The notes under the pieces were generated by a model that was not told the DNA's origin, ran no database searches, and was given only the letters and a program-made list of their open reading frames with translations. This document shows, piece after piece, positions 48,784-59,400 of a DNA stretch of 64,000 nt (within the stretch, counting starts at the first letter, position 1; each line of letters opens with the position of its first letter). Both the position numbers and the translations under genes were made by a program. The DNA is from Candidatus Magasanikbacteria bacterium UBA922 (GTDB lineage: Bacteria; Patescibacteriota; Patescibacteriia; Magasanikbacterales; UBA922): assembly GCA_002293825.1 (NCBI GenBank), contig DBDW01000001.1, forward strand, positions 3,314 through 67,313. The letters are read 5' to 3'.

Positions 48784-49929
48784 ATGGGACTCTATATACA
48801 GCAACAAGTAATTCGAGCACTTGAAGATAAGAAACAGATTCTTATCACATTCAAGAAAGAATCACACGGCGACGCCATCGCAGCGTCTTTAGCATTCAAA
48901 TTATTTGTAGAGTCCTTGGGGAAAAAAGCACATATTGCAAGCGACGGATTCATACTTGATGAACGATTCTCATTTCTCAAAGGAGCCACCTCTATCTCCC
49001 CTTCACTCGGCAATCTACATCAATTTCTCATCACCATGGATATTTCAAAAAATGGACTCGCCAATTTGAAATACGATATCAAAGATGAAAAATTACGACT
49101 ATTTATAACCCCAAAAAATGGCTTCTACACCAAAGACATGGTGCGTACAAGCCAGACTGAATTCAAATATGATGCAATTGTGACACTCGACACTCCAAGT
49201 CTCACATCACTTGGTTCGATCTATGCACATAACGAAGAATTTTTCTTCAAAACCCCTCTGATCAATATTGACCACAAAGCATCAAATGAATTATTTGGAC
49301 ATATCAATCTCGTCGATATTCCTGCGTCCACGACCTCTGAAATATTGTATGAACTTTTGAGTTCATACAAACCTGAATTAATTACCACAGATATTGCAAC
49401 CGCATTGCTCACAGGTATTATTGCAGGTACCAATAGTTTCAAAGAGAAAAAAGTACGTCCACACACTCTTGCAATAGCAAGCAAATTAGTAGAACTCGGT
49501 GCCGATCGTTCGCACATTATTGCACAATTGTACCAAACAAAATCAATCTCAACATTCAAATTGTGGGGTACCGCACTCTCACATCTGACATACGATTCTG
49601 TATATGGAATTATCTCTACCACACTCACACGAGACGATTTTGTACGTACCGGAGCTACCACCCACGAACTCTCCGCAATCATTGATGAACTCATCTCATT
49701 TTCACCTGATGCGAAAATCATTCTTGTGTTATATGAAAATCCCAATGAAGCAATAGGAAATATACACGGAATGCTCAAAGTAATCCCAAATGTACATGCC
49801 ACCGAAACCATGAAAAAATATGCTGCCGAAGGCGATGAAGATGATGCGACATTCTCGATTTCTGGAAAAAATTTGAAAGAAGTAGAAGAGGAAATACTAA
49901 GCCATTTGAAAGAGGTAATCACTAGTTAA
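48784..49929 (+). CDS. DHH-family (NrnA-like) protein with degenerate motifs
   Basis: HGDAIAAS, INIDHK.SN..FG.IN, ATALLTGII. Confidence 0.75.
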   Translation: MGLYIQQQVIRALEDKKQILITFKKESHGDAIAASLAFKLFVESLGKKAHIASDGFILDERFSFLKGATSISPSLGNLHQFLITMDISKNGLANLKYDIKDEKLRLFITPKNGFYTKDMVRTSQTEFKYDAIVTLDTPSLTSLGSIYAHNEEFFFKTPLINIDHKASNELFGHINLVDIPASTTSEILYELLSSYKPELITTDIATALLTGIIAGTNSFKEKKVRPHTLAIASKLVELGADRSHIIAQLYQTKSISTFKLWGTALSHLTYDSVYGIISTTLTRDDFVRTGATTHELSAIIDELISFSPDAKIILVLYENPNEAIGNIHGMLKVIPNVHATETMKKYAAEGDEDDATFSISGKNLKEVEEEILSHLKEVITS

Positions 49930-49951
49930 TTTCAAAATCAAAAAATTAAAT

Positions 49952-49979
49952 AAAAAACATCTTACGTAAGATGTTTTTT
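49952..49979. terminator. Bidirectional terminator
   Basis: AAAAAACATCTTACGTAAGATGTTTTTT. Confidence 0.7.
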
Positions 49980-50625
49980 ATTTTTTCTTCCAGAAAATTT
50001 CAGCTTTCGCACCATACAACATTGAAGGTTTTTTCTTAGGATTCTGATCCAAATATTTCTGCACCAGATAAAATCCAAGTGCATATCCTGTCCATTTGGG
50101 TATTCCTCTCTTTTCTGAGCCAAAGAACCAGTCATGGTGATTGTAGGACGTATTATCGAATTCTTTTTGTGCCTTTTTCAAAAAATAGTTGACTTCTCTC
50201 TCTATGAAGATGGTATCCCATTCCTGCGGATCTTGACCTGCAATCTCGATATCAAAATGATCAGCTAGACCTTCGCTCACGAGAGCTTCGAATAAAGACG
50301 TACCATATCCAACCGCCGCCCAGCGTGCCGCATGATGAATTTCATGACTTATAGTCCGGTATAGATATTGTTCAAGTGTTTTTTTAAACCCCTTAAATGT
50401 AGGATCAAGGCTTATGTGTATCGTATGTGCGTTGGGTGTAAATCCACCAACACCCAAATGAGGGATAGTTGCCTCCGGACTGTCAGAAACAATAATATCA
50501 ACGTCTCCAAACGGAATATATTTTTTGAGCAATGATACGTGTCTTCTAATACCTTTCTGCAACTTCTTTTCATAGGGTTTGAGACGACCGGATGCACAAA
50601 GAATGTGAATAGTAGTACCACTCAT
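49978..50625 (-). CDS. DUF2268-type Zn-dependent protease
   Basis: HEIHH, EGLADHF, P.W.GY.LGF.LV. Confidence 0.8.
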   Translation of the reverse strand: MSGTTIHILCASGRLKPYEKKLQKGIRRHVSLLKKYIPFGDVDIIVSDSPEATIPHLGVGGFTPNAHTIHISLDPTFKGFKKTLEQYLYRTISHEIHHAARWAAVGYGTSLFEALVSEGLADHFDIEIAGQDPQEWDTIFIEREVNYFLKKAQKEFDNTSYNHHDWFFGSEKRGIPKWTGYALGFYLVQKYLDQNPKKKPSMLYGAKAEIFWKKK

Positions 50626-50632
50626 ACTCACC

Positions 50633-52210
50633 TTAAACCAACGGTCGTCCTGTCATCTCAGGCGGTTGTTCGATGCCAAGAATCGAGAGTATGGTCGGTG
50701 CTACATCTGCCAAAATTCCCACCGGATGCATCAGACTCAAATCTCCCTCAGGAGGATCTCCGGTAGGACCTGCTTTTCCACGAAATTGTTCTCCAATAAT
50801 AAGGAATGGTACCGGATTATTACTATGCTCTTTATCTCGTTCTCCGGTTTTCAGATTGACCACCTCTTCTGCATTTCCATGATCAGCAGTAATCAATAAT
50901 ACTCCACCCTTCGCTTTCACATATTCAGCAATTTTCCCAAGTCCTTTATCCACGGCTTCACACCCCTTGATCGTAGCATTGCGATCACCGGTATGACCTA
51001 CCATATCTGCATTTGCAAAATTAAGAAGAATCACATCATATCGATCAGATTCAATCGCTTCGATTGTCTTCTTGGTAATTTCATGTGCAGACATTTCAGG
51101 TACTTTATCATACGAAGACACATTGGGAGACGGAATTATGGCACGTTCTTCACCTTCAAATGGATCTTCGACAGTGCCATTCAGAAAAAAAGTGATATGT
51201 GCATATTTTTCAGTTTCTGCAATATGGAATTGTGTAAGACCAGCCTTACTCAAAACCTCTGCAAGACAATTGTGTACCACAATTGGTGGATATGCTACTA
51301 CGACCGGAATTTCTTTTTCGTATTCAGTCATCGTCACAAATAACAAATCTTTTACATAGTCCCGTTTGAATTTATCAAAACCTGGTAATACAAAAGCTTT
51401 AGTCAATTGGCGTGCACGATCTGGACGAAAATTAAAAAAAATAACACCATCTCCAGATTCGATACGTGTAGTAGGCTTACCCTCTTTCCCTAGTACAACA
51501 GGAATAAATTCTTCATCGTACACTTGTTTTTCATACGAGGCTTCGACTGCTTCAAGTGGACGTTTGAAATACGATTCAGCCACACCCTCGACCATTGCAC
51601 GATACGCTCGCTCAACACGATCCCATCGATTATCACGATCCATTGCATAATATCTACCAGAAATAGACGCGATTTCCCCTACTCCAATTTTTTCCATTTT
51701 TTCCTGAAGCTTTGATACAAAATCTTTACCTGAATTATACAATGTATCTCGACCATCAAGAATAACGTGAACAAAGACTTTTTTAATCTTATTTCTCTTT
51801 GCAAATTCAAGTAAGGTATACAAATGATCCTGACTGGCATGCACATTACCTGGACTCAAAAGACCAATCAGATGTAGCGCTGATTTACGAGCATGTACAT
51901 GATCACGCACCTGAAGAAATGCTTTATTTTGAAAAAAAGTTCCATCAACAATTGTCTTATTGATTCGAGGAAAGGTCTGATAATATACCCGACCCGCACC
52001 GATATTGAGATGCCCCACTTCTGAATTCCCCATTTCTCCATATGATAATCCAACTTCATTTCCAGAAGCATATAAAGACATTGCCGGATATTCATGGATA
52101 AATTGATCAATATGCGGTGTCTCAGCATGATAAATTGCATTACCATCACTCGGAGGTGCAATTCCCCATCCATCAAGGATCGCAAGTACTACAGGTTTTG
52201 GGCGATTCAT
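50633..52210 (-). CDS. gpmI: 2,3-bisphosphoglycerate-independent phosphoglycerate mutase (copy 1)
   Basis: LDGWG, GNSEVGH, DGRD, GRYYAMDRD, ETEKYAH, ADMVGH, ADHGN. Confidence 0.95.
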   Translation of the reverse strand: MNRPKPVVLAILDGWGIAPPSDGNAIYHAETPHIDQFIHEYPAMSLYASGNEVGLSYGEMGNSEVGHLNIGAGRVYYQTFPRINKTIVDGTFFQNKAFLQVRDHVHARKSALHLIGLLSPGNVHASQDHLYTLLEFAKRNKIKKVFVHVILDGRDTLYNSGKDFVSKLQEKMEKIGVGEIASISGRYYAMDRDNRWDRVERAYRAMVEGVAESYFKRPLEAVEASYEKQVYDEEFIPVVLGKEGKPTTRIESGDGVIFFNFRPDRARQLTKAFVLPGFDKFKRDYVKDLLFVTMTEYEKEIPVVVAYPPIVVHNCLAEVLSKAGLTQFHIAETEKYAHITFFLNGTVEDPFEGEERAIIPSPNVSSYDKVPEMSAHEITKKTIEAIESDRYDVILLNFANADMVGHTGDRNATIKGCEAVDKGLGKIAEYVKAKGGVLLITADHGNAEEVVNLKTGERDKEHSNNPVPFLIIGEQFRGKAGPTGDPPEGDLSLMHPVGILADVAPTILSILGIEQPPEMTGRPLV

Positions 52211-52221
52211 AAAAGCAGAGA

Positions 52222-53802
52222 TCAAAATAGTGATTTTCCCGTCATCTCACGAGGCGGTGTTCCACCAATCATCTTGATAATAGTAGGTGCCACATCAGCA
52301 AGTATTCCATCTTTCAATTTTATTCCCTTCGTATTATTCCGAATCAAAATACATGGTACTGGATTGAGACTATGCTCAGTATCCACTTCACCCGTCTTCA
52401 TATTCTTCATCTCTTCAGCGTTTCCATGATCCGCAACAATCAATACCTGCCCATCACGTCGAAGGGTTTCAGACACCACATCTCTCACACATTCATCAAT
52501 CGTTGCGACCGCACGTTGAGCAGCTTTGAAATTTTGCGTATGCCCAATCATATCTGCATTTGCATAATTAATGCAATAAAATTCATAGGCATCTTTTTTC
52601 ATACATCCCAACACTCTTTTGGTAATCTCGTGAGCAGCCATCTGTGGCTCATCATCATGATGCACCACCGTCTTTGATTCGACCTTCAGCCGATCTTCCC
52701 CATTCACAGGATCAGCGTATCCGCCATTAATAAAATATGTGACATGTGCATATTTTTCAGACTCGGCGATATACAGTTGTGTCAAATGAGAAAGTGCCAA
52801 AGGGAGTGTATTGTGTACATCTGGAGACGGAAATGCAGTCAAAATTTTTTCCAAATCAGGGCCAAAATCTGTCAAAGCAACAAATCGAATATTTTTTGGA
52901 ATTTTCCCTCGTCTAAATGCTCCGGGATTTTTCTTATTAAAATCTTCCTGCACAAATGCCTTAGTAATCTGCCGAGCACGATCTGATCGTGCGTTAAAAA
53001 ACATAATTACATCATGATCGTTCACCGTACCTACCGGTTTTCCCGTACCATCCACCACGACCGTAGGCGTAATAAATTCATCAGTCTCTCCTCGATTATA
53101 TGCCTGCTCAATCGCTTCTTCTGCACTTCCGACCAGATGACCCTTACCCATAGCCAGCGCCTCATACGCCTCTCTCGTACGATCCCAATTTTTATTTCGA
53201 TCCATGCCATAGAGACGTCCCATTATCGTAGCGATTTTTTCAGTATGCAACATATGACCACGAAGCTCGTGTAAGTACGTCATAGCTGCATGCGGACCTG
53301 AATCACGACCATCAGTAAACAAGTGTAGGTACACCTCGCCCATTCCCTCTCTACGACACAGCTCGAGTAATGCATACAAATGCTCTGGATACGAATGTGC
53401 TGAATTACCATCAGTCAACAAACCCATAAGATGTACTGCTGATTTGTATTTTTTTGCATGAAATAATGCTTGCTTAAATGCCTCATTTTTGAAAAATGTT
53501 CCATCATGAATCGTGTCTGAAATAGAAACAAGATCCTGTTTTACAATACGCCCAGCTCCAATATTCAAATGTCCTGCCTCTGAATTACCTCGCTGACCAG
53601 GAAAAAGTCCTACATACTCTCCATGCGTCTTCAATTTTGAAGTAGGATATTTTTCCATATACTCAAAAATGTTTGGCGCAGTGTCAGGAGTAATGGCATT
53701 ACCTTGATTTTTCAACGGTGCAAGTCCAAATCCATCGAGAATAATGAGGATCGTTGGTGAATGTCCACTAGTTGATTGAATTTTTATTTTTTTTGAAGAC
53801 AT
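52222..53802 (-). CDS. gpmI: 2,3-bisphosphoglycerate-independent phosphoglycerate mutase (copy 2)
   Basis: LDGFG, GNSEAGH, DGRD, ESEKYAH, ADMIGH, ADHGN. Confidence 0.93.
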   Translation of the reverse strand: MSSKKIKIQSTSGHSPTILIILDGFGLAPLKNQGNAITPDTAPNIFEYMEKYPTSKLKTHGEYVGLFPGQRGNSEAGHLNIGAGRIVKQDLVSISDTIHDGTFFKNEAFKQALFHAKKYKSAVHLMGLLTDGNSAHSYPEHLYALLELCRREGMGEVYLHLFTDGRDSGPHAAMTYLHELRGHMLHTEKIATIMGRLYGMDRNKNWDRTREAYEALAMGKGHLVGSAEEAIEQAYNRGETDEFITPTVVVDGTGKPVGTVNDHDVIMFFNARSDRARQITKAFVQEDFNKKNPGAFRRGKIPKNIRFVALTDFGPDLEKILTAFPSPDVHNTLPLALSHLTQLYIAESEKYAHVTYFINGGYADPVNGEDRLKVESKTVVHHDDEPQMAAHEITKRVLGCMKKDAYEFYCINYANADMIGHTQNFKAAQRAVATIDECVRDVVSETLRRDGQVLIVADHGNAEEMKNMKTGEVDTEHSLNPVPCILIRNNTKGIKLKDGILADVAPTIIKMIGGTPPREMTGKSLF

Positions 53803-53895
53803 AACACATGTGTAAGCACGATAGACAACATAATGAATAGTGGCACAGTTGAGAATACTCACCCTCCGCAAACCATGATTCTCACACTTTCACAC

Positions 53896-55152
53896 CTAAA
53901 AACCCAATTCTTCTTCGATCTCCATCAATCGATTATATTTCTCAACTCGCTCTGAACGAGAAAGTGAGCCTGTCTTAATAAATTCAGAATTCACTGCCAC
54001 TGCAAGATCGGCAATAAATGTATCACCTGTCTCACCCGAACGATGTGATACTGCAATTTTGTATCCATGTTTTTTTGCCAATTCAATCGCATCAATTGTT
54101 TCTGTCAAGCTTCCAATCTGATTAACTTTAATCAAAATTGCATTTCCCACCTCTTCTTCAATGCCTTTTCTTAAACGTTCCACATTGGTAACAAACAAAT
54201 CATCTCCGACCAAAGACACTTTGCTTCCTAATTTTTTAGTAAGTATATTCCAATTCTTCCAATCATCTTCAGCAAGTCCATCTTCAAGAAAAAGAATTGG
54301 ATAACGTTTCACCCACCCATCCAACACTGCAATTACTGCCTCAGGTGAGATAGGAGTTTTTGGTCCATCAAGATAATATTTTCCCCCTCGAAAAAATTCA
54401 GAAGATGCCACATCAAGACCAAGATATACATGTGTGCCAGGTACATACCCTGCAGACTGAATCGCTTTTATAATAAGCTGAATCGCGCGCTCATTATTAG
54501 GAAGATTAGGAGCAAATCCACCCTCATCACCCACTCCTGTTGCCAAGCCTTTGTGTTGTAATAATTCTTTAAGACTGTGAAATATTTCTGATCCAATACG
54601 TACCCGCTCTCTCATTTTTTTATGTATCGGAATAATCATGAATTCTTGACAAGACAAATTATTATGCGCATGCCTTCCTCCATTCAAAATATTCATGGTC
54701 GCTACTGGCATGCGAAATTTTTTCTCCTTCAATCCAAACGTTTCACGGATATAGACGTAAAGCGGTTTTTTCTGTGCTAATGCTGCGGCGCGTGCAGTAG
54801 CAAGAGAAACTGCAAGAATTGCATTTGCACCTATATTACTTTTATTCGATGTCCCATCGAGAGCTCGCATGCGGTCATCGAGTGAACGCTGATCATAGGG
54901 ATTCATGCCCACCAACGCTTTTTTGAGTGTGGTATTGATATGTTTCACTGCTTTCAACACACCCTTTCCATGATATCGCTGCCCACCATCTCGAAGTTCA
55001 ACCGCTTCATGTGTACCAGTAGAAGCACCACTCGGTACCGCAGCCTTCCCACTACTCCCATCTCCCAACACGACCACAGCCTCAACCGTAGGATTACCGC
55101 GTGAATCTAAAATTTCACGAGCCCGCACATCTTTGATGGTATTTTTTTTCAT
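53896..55152 (-). CDS. eno: Enolase
   Basis: [32 protein letters not shown]. Confidence 0.98.
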   Translation of the reverse strand: MKKNTIKDVRAREILDSRGNPTVEAVVVLGDGSSGKAAVPSGASTGTHEAVELRDGGQRYHGKGVLKAVKHINTTLKKALVGMNPYDQRSLDDRMRALDGTSNKSNIGANAILAVSLATARAAALAQKKPLYVYIRETFGLKEKKFRMPVATMNILNGGRHAHNNLSCQEFMIIPIHKKMRERVRIGSEIFHSLKELLQHKGLATGVGDEGGFAPNLPNNERAIQLIIKAIQSAGYVPGTHVYLGLDVASSEFFRGGKYYLDGPKTPISPEAVIAVLDGWVKRYPILFLEDGLAEDDWKNWNILTKKLGSKVSLVGDDLFVTNVERLRKGIEEEVGNAILIKVNQIGSLTETIDAIELAKKHGYKIAVSHRSGETGDTFIADLAVAVNSEFIKTGSLSRSERVEKYNRLMEIEEELGF

Positions 55153-55191
55153 ACAAAATGTCGATTATGAGTAATGGTAAGTATATCAAAC

Positions 55192-55218
55192 AAAAACGGC
55201 CTTGAAAAGGCCGTTTTT
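55192..55218. terminator. Terminator
   Basis: AAAAACGGCCTT-gaa-AAGGCCGTTTTT. Confidence 0.7.
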
Positions 55219-55234
55219 GCAAGAGTAAACACGA

Positions 55235-56143
55235 TTATTTTAATTCAAACGTAACTCCAACACGCAAGATAATATCTTCAGTTCCTGATTCAATTTGTGG
55301 AGCAGTTCCCGCACCCATAGAATCCATCATAGCATACGAACGCTCTGCATACATATATGGGTTACCTGTCATCTCGTATTCATCATACGAAACAATTGAA
55401 GAAAGATTGAGTCCCAGCATACCAGACAAGGCATTTGCTTTTTCAGAAACTTTTTTCAAAGCTTCGGTACGAGCTTCATCCAAATACGCATCTCTTTCAT
55501 CAATAGTAAATTGAAGACCACTCACATTGGTAGCACCAACCTCACCTGCCAATCCAATAATATCACTCGCTTTCTCAAGATTTCTAATTTTTACCTCAAC
55601 ATTCTGACTTACCGTATACCCTCGAAGATCTTGCTGACCTTCTTCTGTGTAATTATACAATGGGTACACTGCATAATCTCTAGTCTGAATGTCAGCAGCA
55701 TCAACACCTAATTGCTTGATTCGTGTAATCAGTGCATTCACAATTTCAGTATTCTTTTTTTGTGCTTCTGCAACTGTTGCAGCTTCATTCACCACACCCA
55801 TTGTGGTCATAGCAACATCTGGCTTCACACTTACTTTCCCCTCTCCTTCAAGACGAATTGTTCTCTCCATCGTAGGAGCTTTTCCTACGTAGTGGTATTC
55901 CTTAATTTCATTTCTAATCAAAACACCCAAAAACACAATCAAATACACAATCAAAATTCCCACAAACGTAGTCAGTAATTTCTTACCAACCCATCCACAC
56001 CACCCATGATGCGGACGCTCACACGCTCCACCCTTACAACATTCCGATGAATATTCAACACTCGCCGTACGTGTAGGCATAGACGAGGAAACTGCTGGCT
56101 GCTCATCCATTACTGGACGAGCAAATGTTTTTTTGACAGGCAT
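55235..56143 (-). CDS. SIMPL (DUF541) domain protein
   Basis: GEGKVSVKPDVA, DIQT..Y.VYP.Y, GATNV.GL.F. Confidence 0.88.
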   Translation of the reverse strand: MPVKKTFARPVMDEQPAVSSSMPTRTASVEYSSECCKGGACERPHHGWCGWVGKKLLTTFVGILIVYLIVFLGVLIRNEIKEYHYVGKAPTMERTIRLEGEGKVSVKPDVAMTTMGVVNEAATVAEAQKKNTEIVNALITRIKQLGVDAADIQTRDYAVYPLYNYTEEGQQDLRGYTVSQNVEVKIRNLEKASDIIGLAGEVGATNVSGLQFTIDERDAYLDEARTEALKKVSEKANALSGMLGLNLSSIVSYDEYEMTGNPYMYAERSYAMMDSMGAGTAPQIESGTEDIILRVGVTFELK

Positions 56144-56345
56144 ATATATAAACTCAAAACTTAAAGTTCAAAAAATTAAAATAAAATAAAATTCAAAATA
56201 CATACGATGACGGAAGTATACCACAAAACGATATTTTATTCTTTTATAAGATGTGGATAGAAAAAATATTACCAATTAATCTAATCACTCTTTCACACCA
56301 TACACAAAAAACAAAAACTTCATCTCCATTTTTACACGTATTCTT

Positions 56346-57545
56346 TTACGTTGTACTCACTATGTTCACTCCCGGCAATTCTTTTCCAGATAAAAATTCA
56401 AGCATTGCTCCACCACCAGTGGAAACCAAATCTACAAATTCTTCCATTTTCACCATACGAAGTGCCTGCACAGTCTCGCCTCCTCCTACCATTCCAAAAG
56501 CGTTCCCTTTTGAACGTGTAGCCACGAGACGCGCAATTGAAAGTGTTCCTGTATCATACGGTTTCTGTTCAAAATAACCCATCGCACCATTCCATATAAT
56601 CGTCGTTGCTGACTGTATATACGATGCATACATACTGATAGTCTTTGGCCCAATATCAAGTATTGCCTCATTCTTTCTACAAATCCCAAATGGAATATTA
56701 CCCAGTGTCACCACTCGAGCACCTGACCCATCGGTACGGCCCACCACTACATCAATCGGCCACACAATCGTAGATATTTTTTCAAGTTTTTGCACCTCTT
56801 CAGAGTATGCGTCATCTACCAATGAACTCCCCACCCCAAATCCACGTGCCTTCAAGTAGGTATTCACAATTCCACCACCCGTAAGTATGGTTTCAATATT
56901 TTTTTTCAAATACAAAATTACCGGAAGCTTCGTCTCCATCTTTGCCCCACCAATAACAAGTACCGAACCTTTTGTAGGCATACTACATACCCGTGAGAGC
57001 CCATCAATTTCTTTCTCAAGCAATAACCCTGCATACGAGGGAAGATACTCAGCAATACCAGTAACTGAGGGACTAGTCCGATGTGTCACCCCAAATCCAT
57101 CACTCACAAACACATCACCAAGCGATGCTAATTCTTTTGAAAAAGAGGCCGAATTTTGTTCTTCATCCTGAGAAAAACGAATATTATCGCATAATGCCAC
57201 GTCGCCAGGTTTCATGCGTGCGAGTGACTTTTCAATCTGAGAAATACGAGACCAGTTACGAGTCCGAATAATGATAACTTTTTTCTTAAGTAGTCGACTA
57301 AGTATGCGAGCAACAGGATCCACACTCAACCTAGCCACCACTTTCCCACCCGGTCGACCAATATGGGTAAGCAAAATCACACGAGCCTTGCGTTCAAGGA
57401 GCCACGTAATCGTCGGAATAGATGCGACAATGCGATGCATTTCTTCCACATTTCCTTTTTTTGAAATCGGTACATTATAATCGACCCGAACCAAAACACG
57501 TTTACCTACCAAATCTTTGACACGGGTGATAGAACGGAGTTTCAT
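56346..57545 (-). CDS. pgk: Phosphoglycerate kinase
   Basis: VLVRVDYNVP, HIGRP, GGAK, VSTGGGAMLEFL. Confidence 0.96.
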   Translation of the reverse strand: MKLRSITRVKDLVGKRVLVRVDYNVPISKKGNVEEMHRIVASIPTITWLLERKARVILLTHIGRPGGKVVARLSVDPVARILSRLLKKKVIIIRTRNWSRISQIEKSLARMKPGDVALCDNIRFSQDEEQNSASFSKELASLGDVFVSDGFGVTHRTSPSVTGIAEYLPSYAGLLLEKEIDGLSRVCSMPTKGSVLVIGGAKMETKLPVILYLKKNIETILTGGGIVNTYLKARGFGVGSSLVDDAYSEEVQKLEKISTIVWPIDVVVGRTDGSGARVVTLGNIPFGICRKNEAILDIGPKTISMYASYIQSATTIIWNGAMGYFEQKPYDTGTLSIARLVATRSKGNAFGMVGGGETVQALRMVKMEEFVDLVSTGGGAMLEFLSGKELPGVNIVSTT

Positions 57546-57618
57546 ACATGATTAATCAAAATTCATAACTCAATAACTCGCAATAAAACATACACGTGAG
57601 CCGATACTTGCATAATTG

Positions 57619-58605
57619 TTATTTTTTCCCAGCAATTACCGCCATTTCTACCAATCGATGTGCATACCCCCATTCATTATCATACCACCCAACCACTTTT
57701 ACCAAGTTGCCATCCACCACACGTGTCAATTCAGCGTCCACAATTGCTGAATAAGGATTGCCAATATAATCACTCGAAACAAGTGGTTCAAATGAAACTG
57801 CAAGTATGCCTTTTAAATACGTTTTTGAAGCACGTACATACGCACTCACAATTTCTTCAACAGTAACATCTTTTTTCAATAACACCGTCAAATCAGTCAA
57901 TGATACGGTAATCGTCGGTACCCGCACCGAAAGACCATCAAATTTCCCTTCAAGTTCTGGAATGGTTCTCGTAACTGCAACAGCAGCACCCGTTTTTGTA
58001 GGTACCATATTTTGTGCAGCAGCTCGTGCCTCACGCAAGTCTTTTGATGGACCATCTTGCAATACTTGTGAAGCAGTATACGAATGAACAGTAGTAAGCA
58101 TTGCTTTTTCTATCCCAAATTCTTTTTCCAATACCAACATCATAGGAGCTGCACAATTGGTCGTGCACGATGCATTATCAAGAATTGCTTCGCCCTTATA
58201 TTCTCTATCATTCACTCCTCGCACATAGGTTTTCAGATCTCCTTTTCCTGGAGCTGAGATCACCACTTTCTTTGCTCCTGCTTTAATGTGTGCTTTTGCA
58301 CTTTCTGCATCAGTAAATCTACCAGTAGACTCAATTACCACATCTACTTTAAGTTGTCTCCAAGGCAGTGCAGCAGGATCTTTCTCAGCAAACACTGGAA
58401 TTTTCTTACCCTTAACAATCAGATGTTTTTCATCACAAGAAACAGGAAACGGAAAATCATTATATGCAGTATCATGTTTCAGCAAATGCGCCAAAGTCCT
58501 TGTGTCAGTCAGATCATTAATCCCAACGATAGTTAGTTTTTTCTCAAATGCAATTTTGAACGCATGACGTCCGATACGACCAAATCCGTTGATGGCGATT
58601 TTCAT
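57619..58605 (-). CDS. gap: Glyceraldehyde-3-phosphate dehydrogenase type I
   Basis: INGFGRIGR, NASCTTNC, WYDNEWGY. Confidence 0.98.
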   Translation of the reverse strand: MKIAINGFGRIGRHAFKIAFEKKLTIVGINDLTDTRTLAHLLKHDTAYNDFPFPVSCDEKHLIVKGKKIPVFAEKDPAALPWRQLKVDVVIESTGRFTDAESAKAHIKAGAKKVVISAPGKGDLKTYVRGVNDREYKGEAILDNASCTTNCAAPMMLVLEKEFGIEKAMLTTVHSYTASQVLQDGPSKDLREARAAAQNMVPTKTGAAVAVTRTIPELEGKFDGLSVRVPTITVSLTDLTVLLKKDVTVEEIVSAYVRASKTYLKGILAVSFEPLVSSDYIGNPYSAIVDAELTRVVDGNLVKVVGWYDNEWGYAHRLVEMAVIAGKK

Positions 58606-58626
58606 AAAGTTGAATAATTAAAGAGT

Positions 58627-58702
58627 CACATATTACGTACCCCATAGCACATACCAGTTTCAATTCTCATGATACGTGATATGTGGAATGTGTTACGTGA
58701 AA
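58627..58702. repeat. Pair of inverted degenerate 7-mer arrays in the ruvC-gap spacer
   Basis: tattacg tacccca tagcaca facing catgata cgtgata tgtggaa tgtgtta cgtgaaa (reverse complement ~TATCACR). Confidence 0.55.
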
Positions 58703-58719
58703 ATAGTATACCATATTTT

Positions 58720-59235
58720 CTATTTTCTACTCGACACTTGTTCCATCTTTTTCGAAGCTGCACACGTGAGTGCAATAGCAAGCGCATCTGCAGCATCATC
58801 CGGACTAATTTTTTTTTTGATTCCCAAAAGCATTTTTACCATAGTTTCAAGCTGAGTTTTATCAGCCCTTCCATATCCGGTAATGCTCTGTTTTACCTCG
58901 AGTGGTGTATATTCATGTACCGCGAGCCTAGCTTTGGTAAGCGTTAGAAGAATAACCCCCCTCGCCTGTCCCACTTTGATCGCAGTTGTTACATTTTTAT
59001 AAAAAAATAATTCTTCAACTGCTGCACAATTGGGTTTGTGCGTCCGTATAATTCTGATCAGTTCATCTGAAATATCTTCAAGACGCTCGACAAATGAGCG
59101 CTTAGTATCTGTTTCAATGCACCCGTAGTCAACGAGCGTATAGCGATCTCCCACACAATCAATAATACCAAAACCAACCCGACCAAAGCCGGGGTCAACG
59201 CCGAGAATACGTGTGTTTATTTGAGAATTTATCAT
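58720..59235 (-). CDS. ruvC: Holliday junction resolvase
   Basis: ILGVDPG, AVEELFF, QARGV, TGYGRADK, DDAADALAIA. Confidence 0.96.
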   Translation of the reverse strand: MINSQINTRILGVDPGFGRVGFGIIDCVGDRYTLVDYGCIETDTKRSFVERLEDISDELIRIIRTHKPNCAAVEELFFYKNVTTAIKVGQARGVILLTLTKARLAVHEYTPLEVKQSITGYGRADKTQLETMVKMLLGIKKKISPDDAADALAIALTCAASKKMEQVSSRK

Positions 59236-59400
59236 AGCATATCTTATTGTAACATGTATTCACACAACAAAACATACTATTGACAAAATATGTATATTCA
59301 CATATATTATTTGGTCTGTTTCAGTCTATCCGTATGTGTACCCTACGATACACCTATCAATAGGCTGGAAATCTCTCCAGAGCCTTATTCAGGAGTGCAC

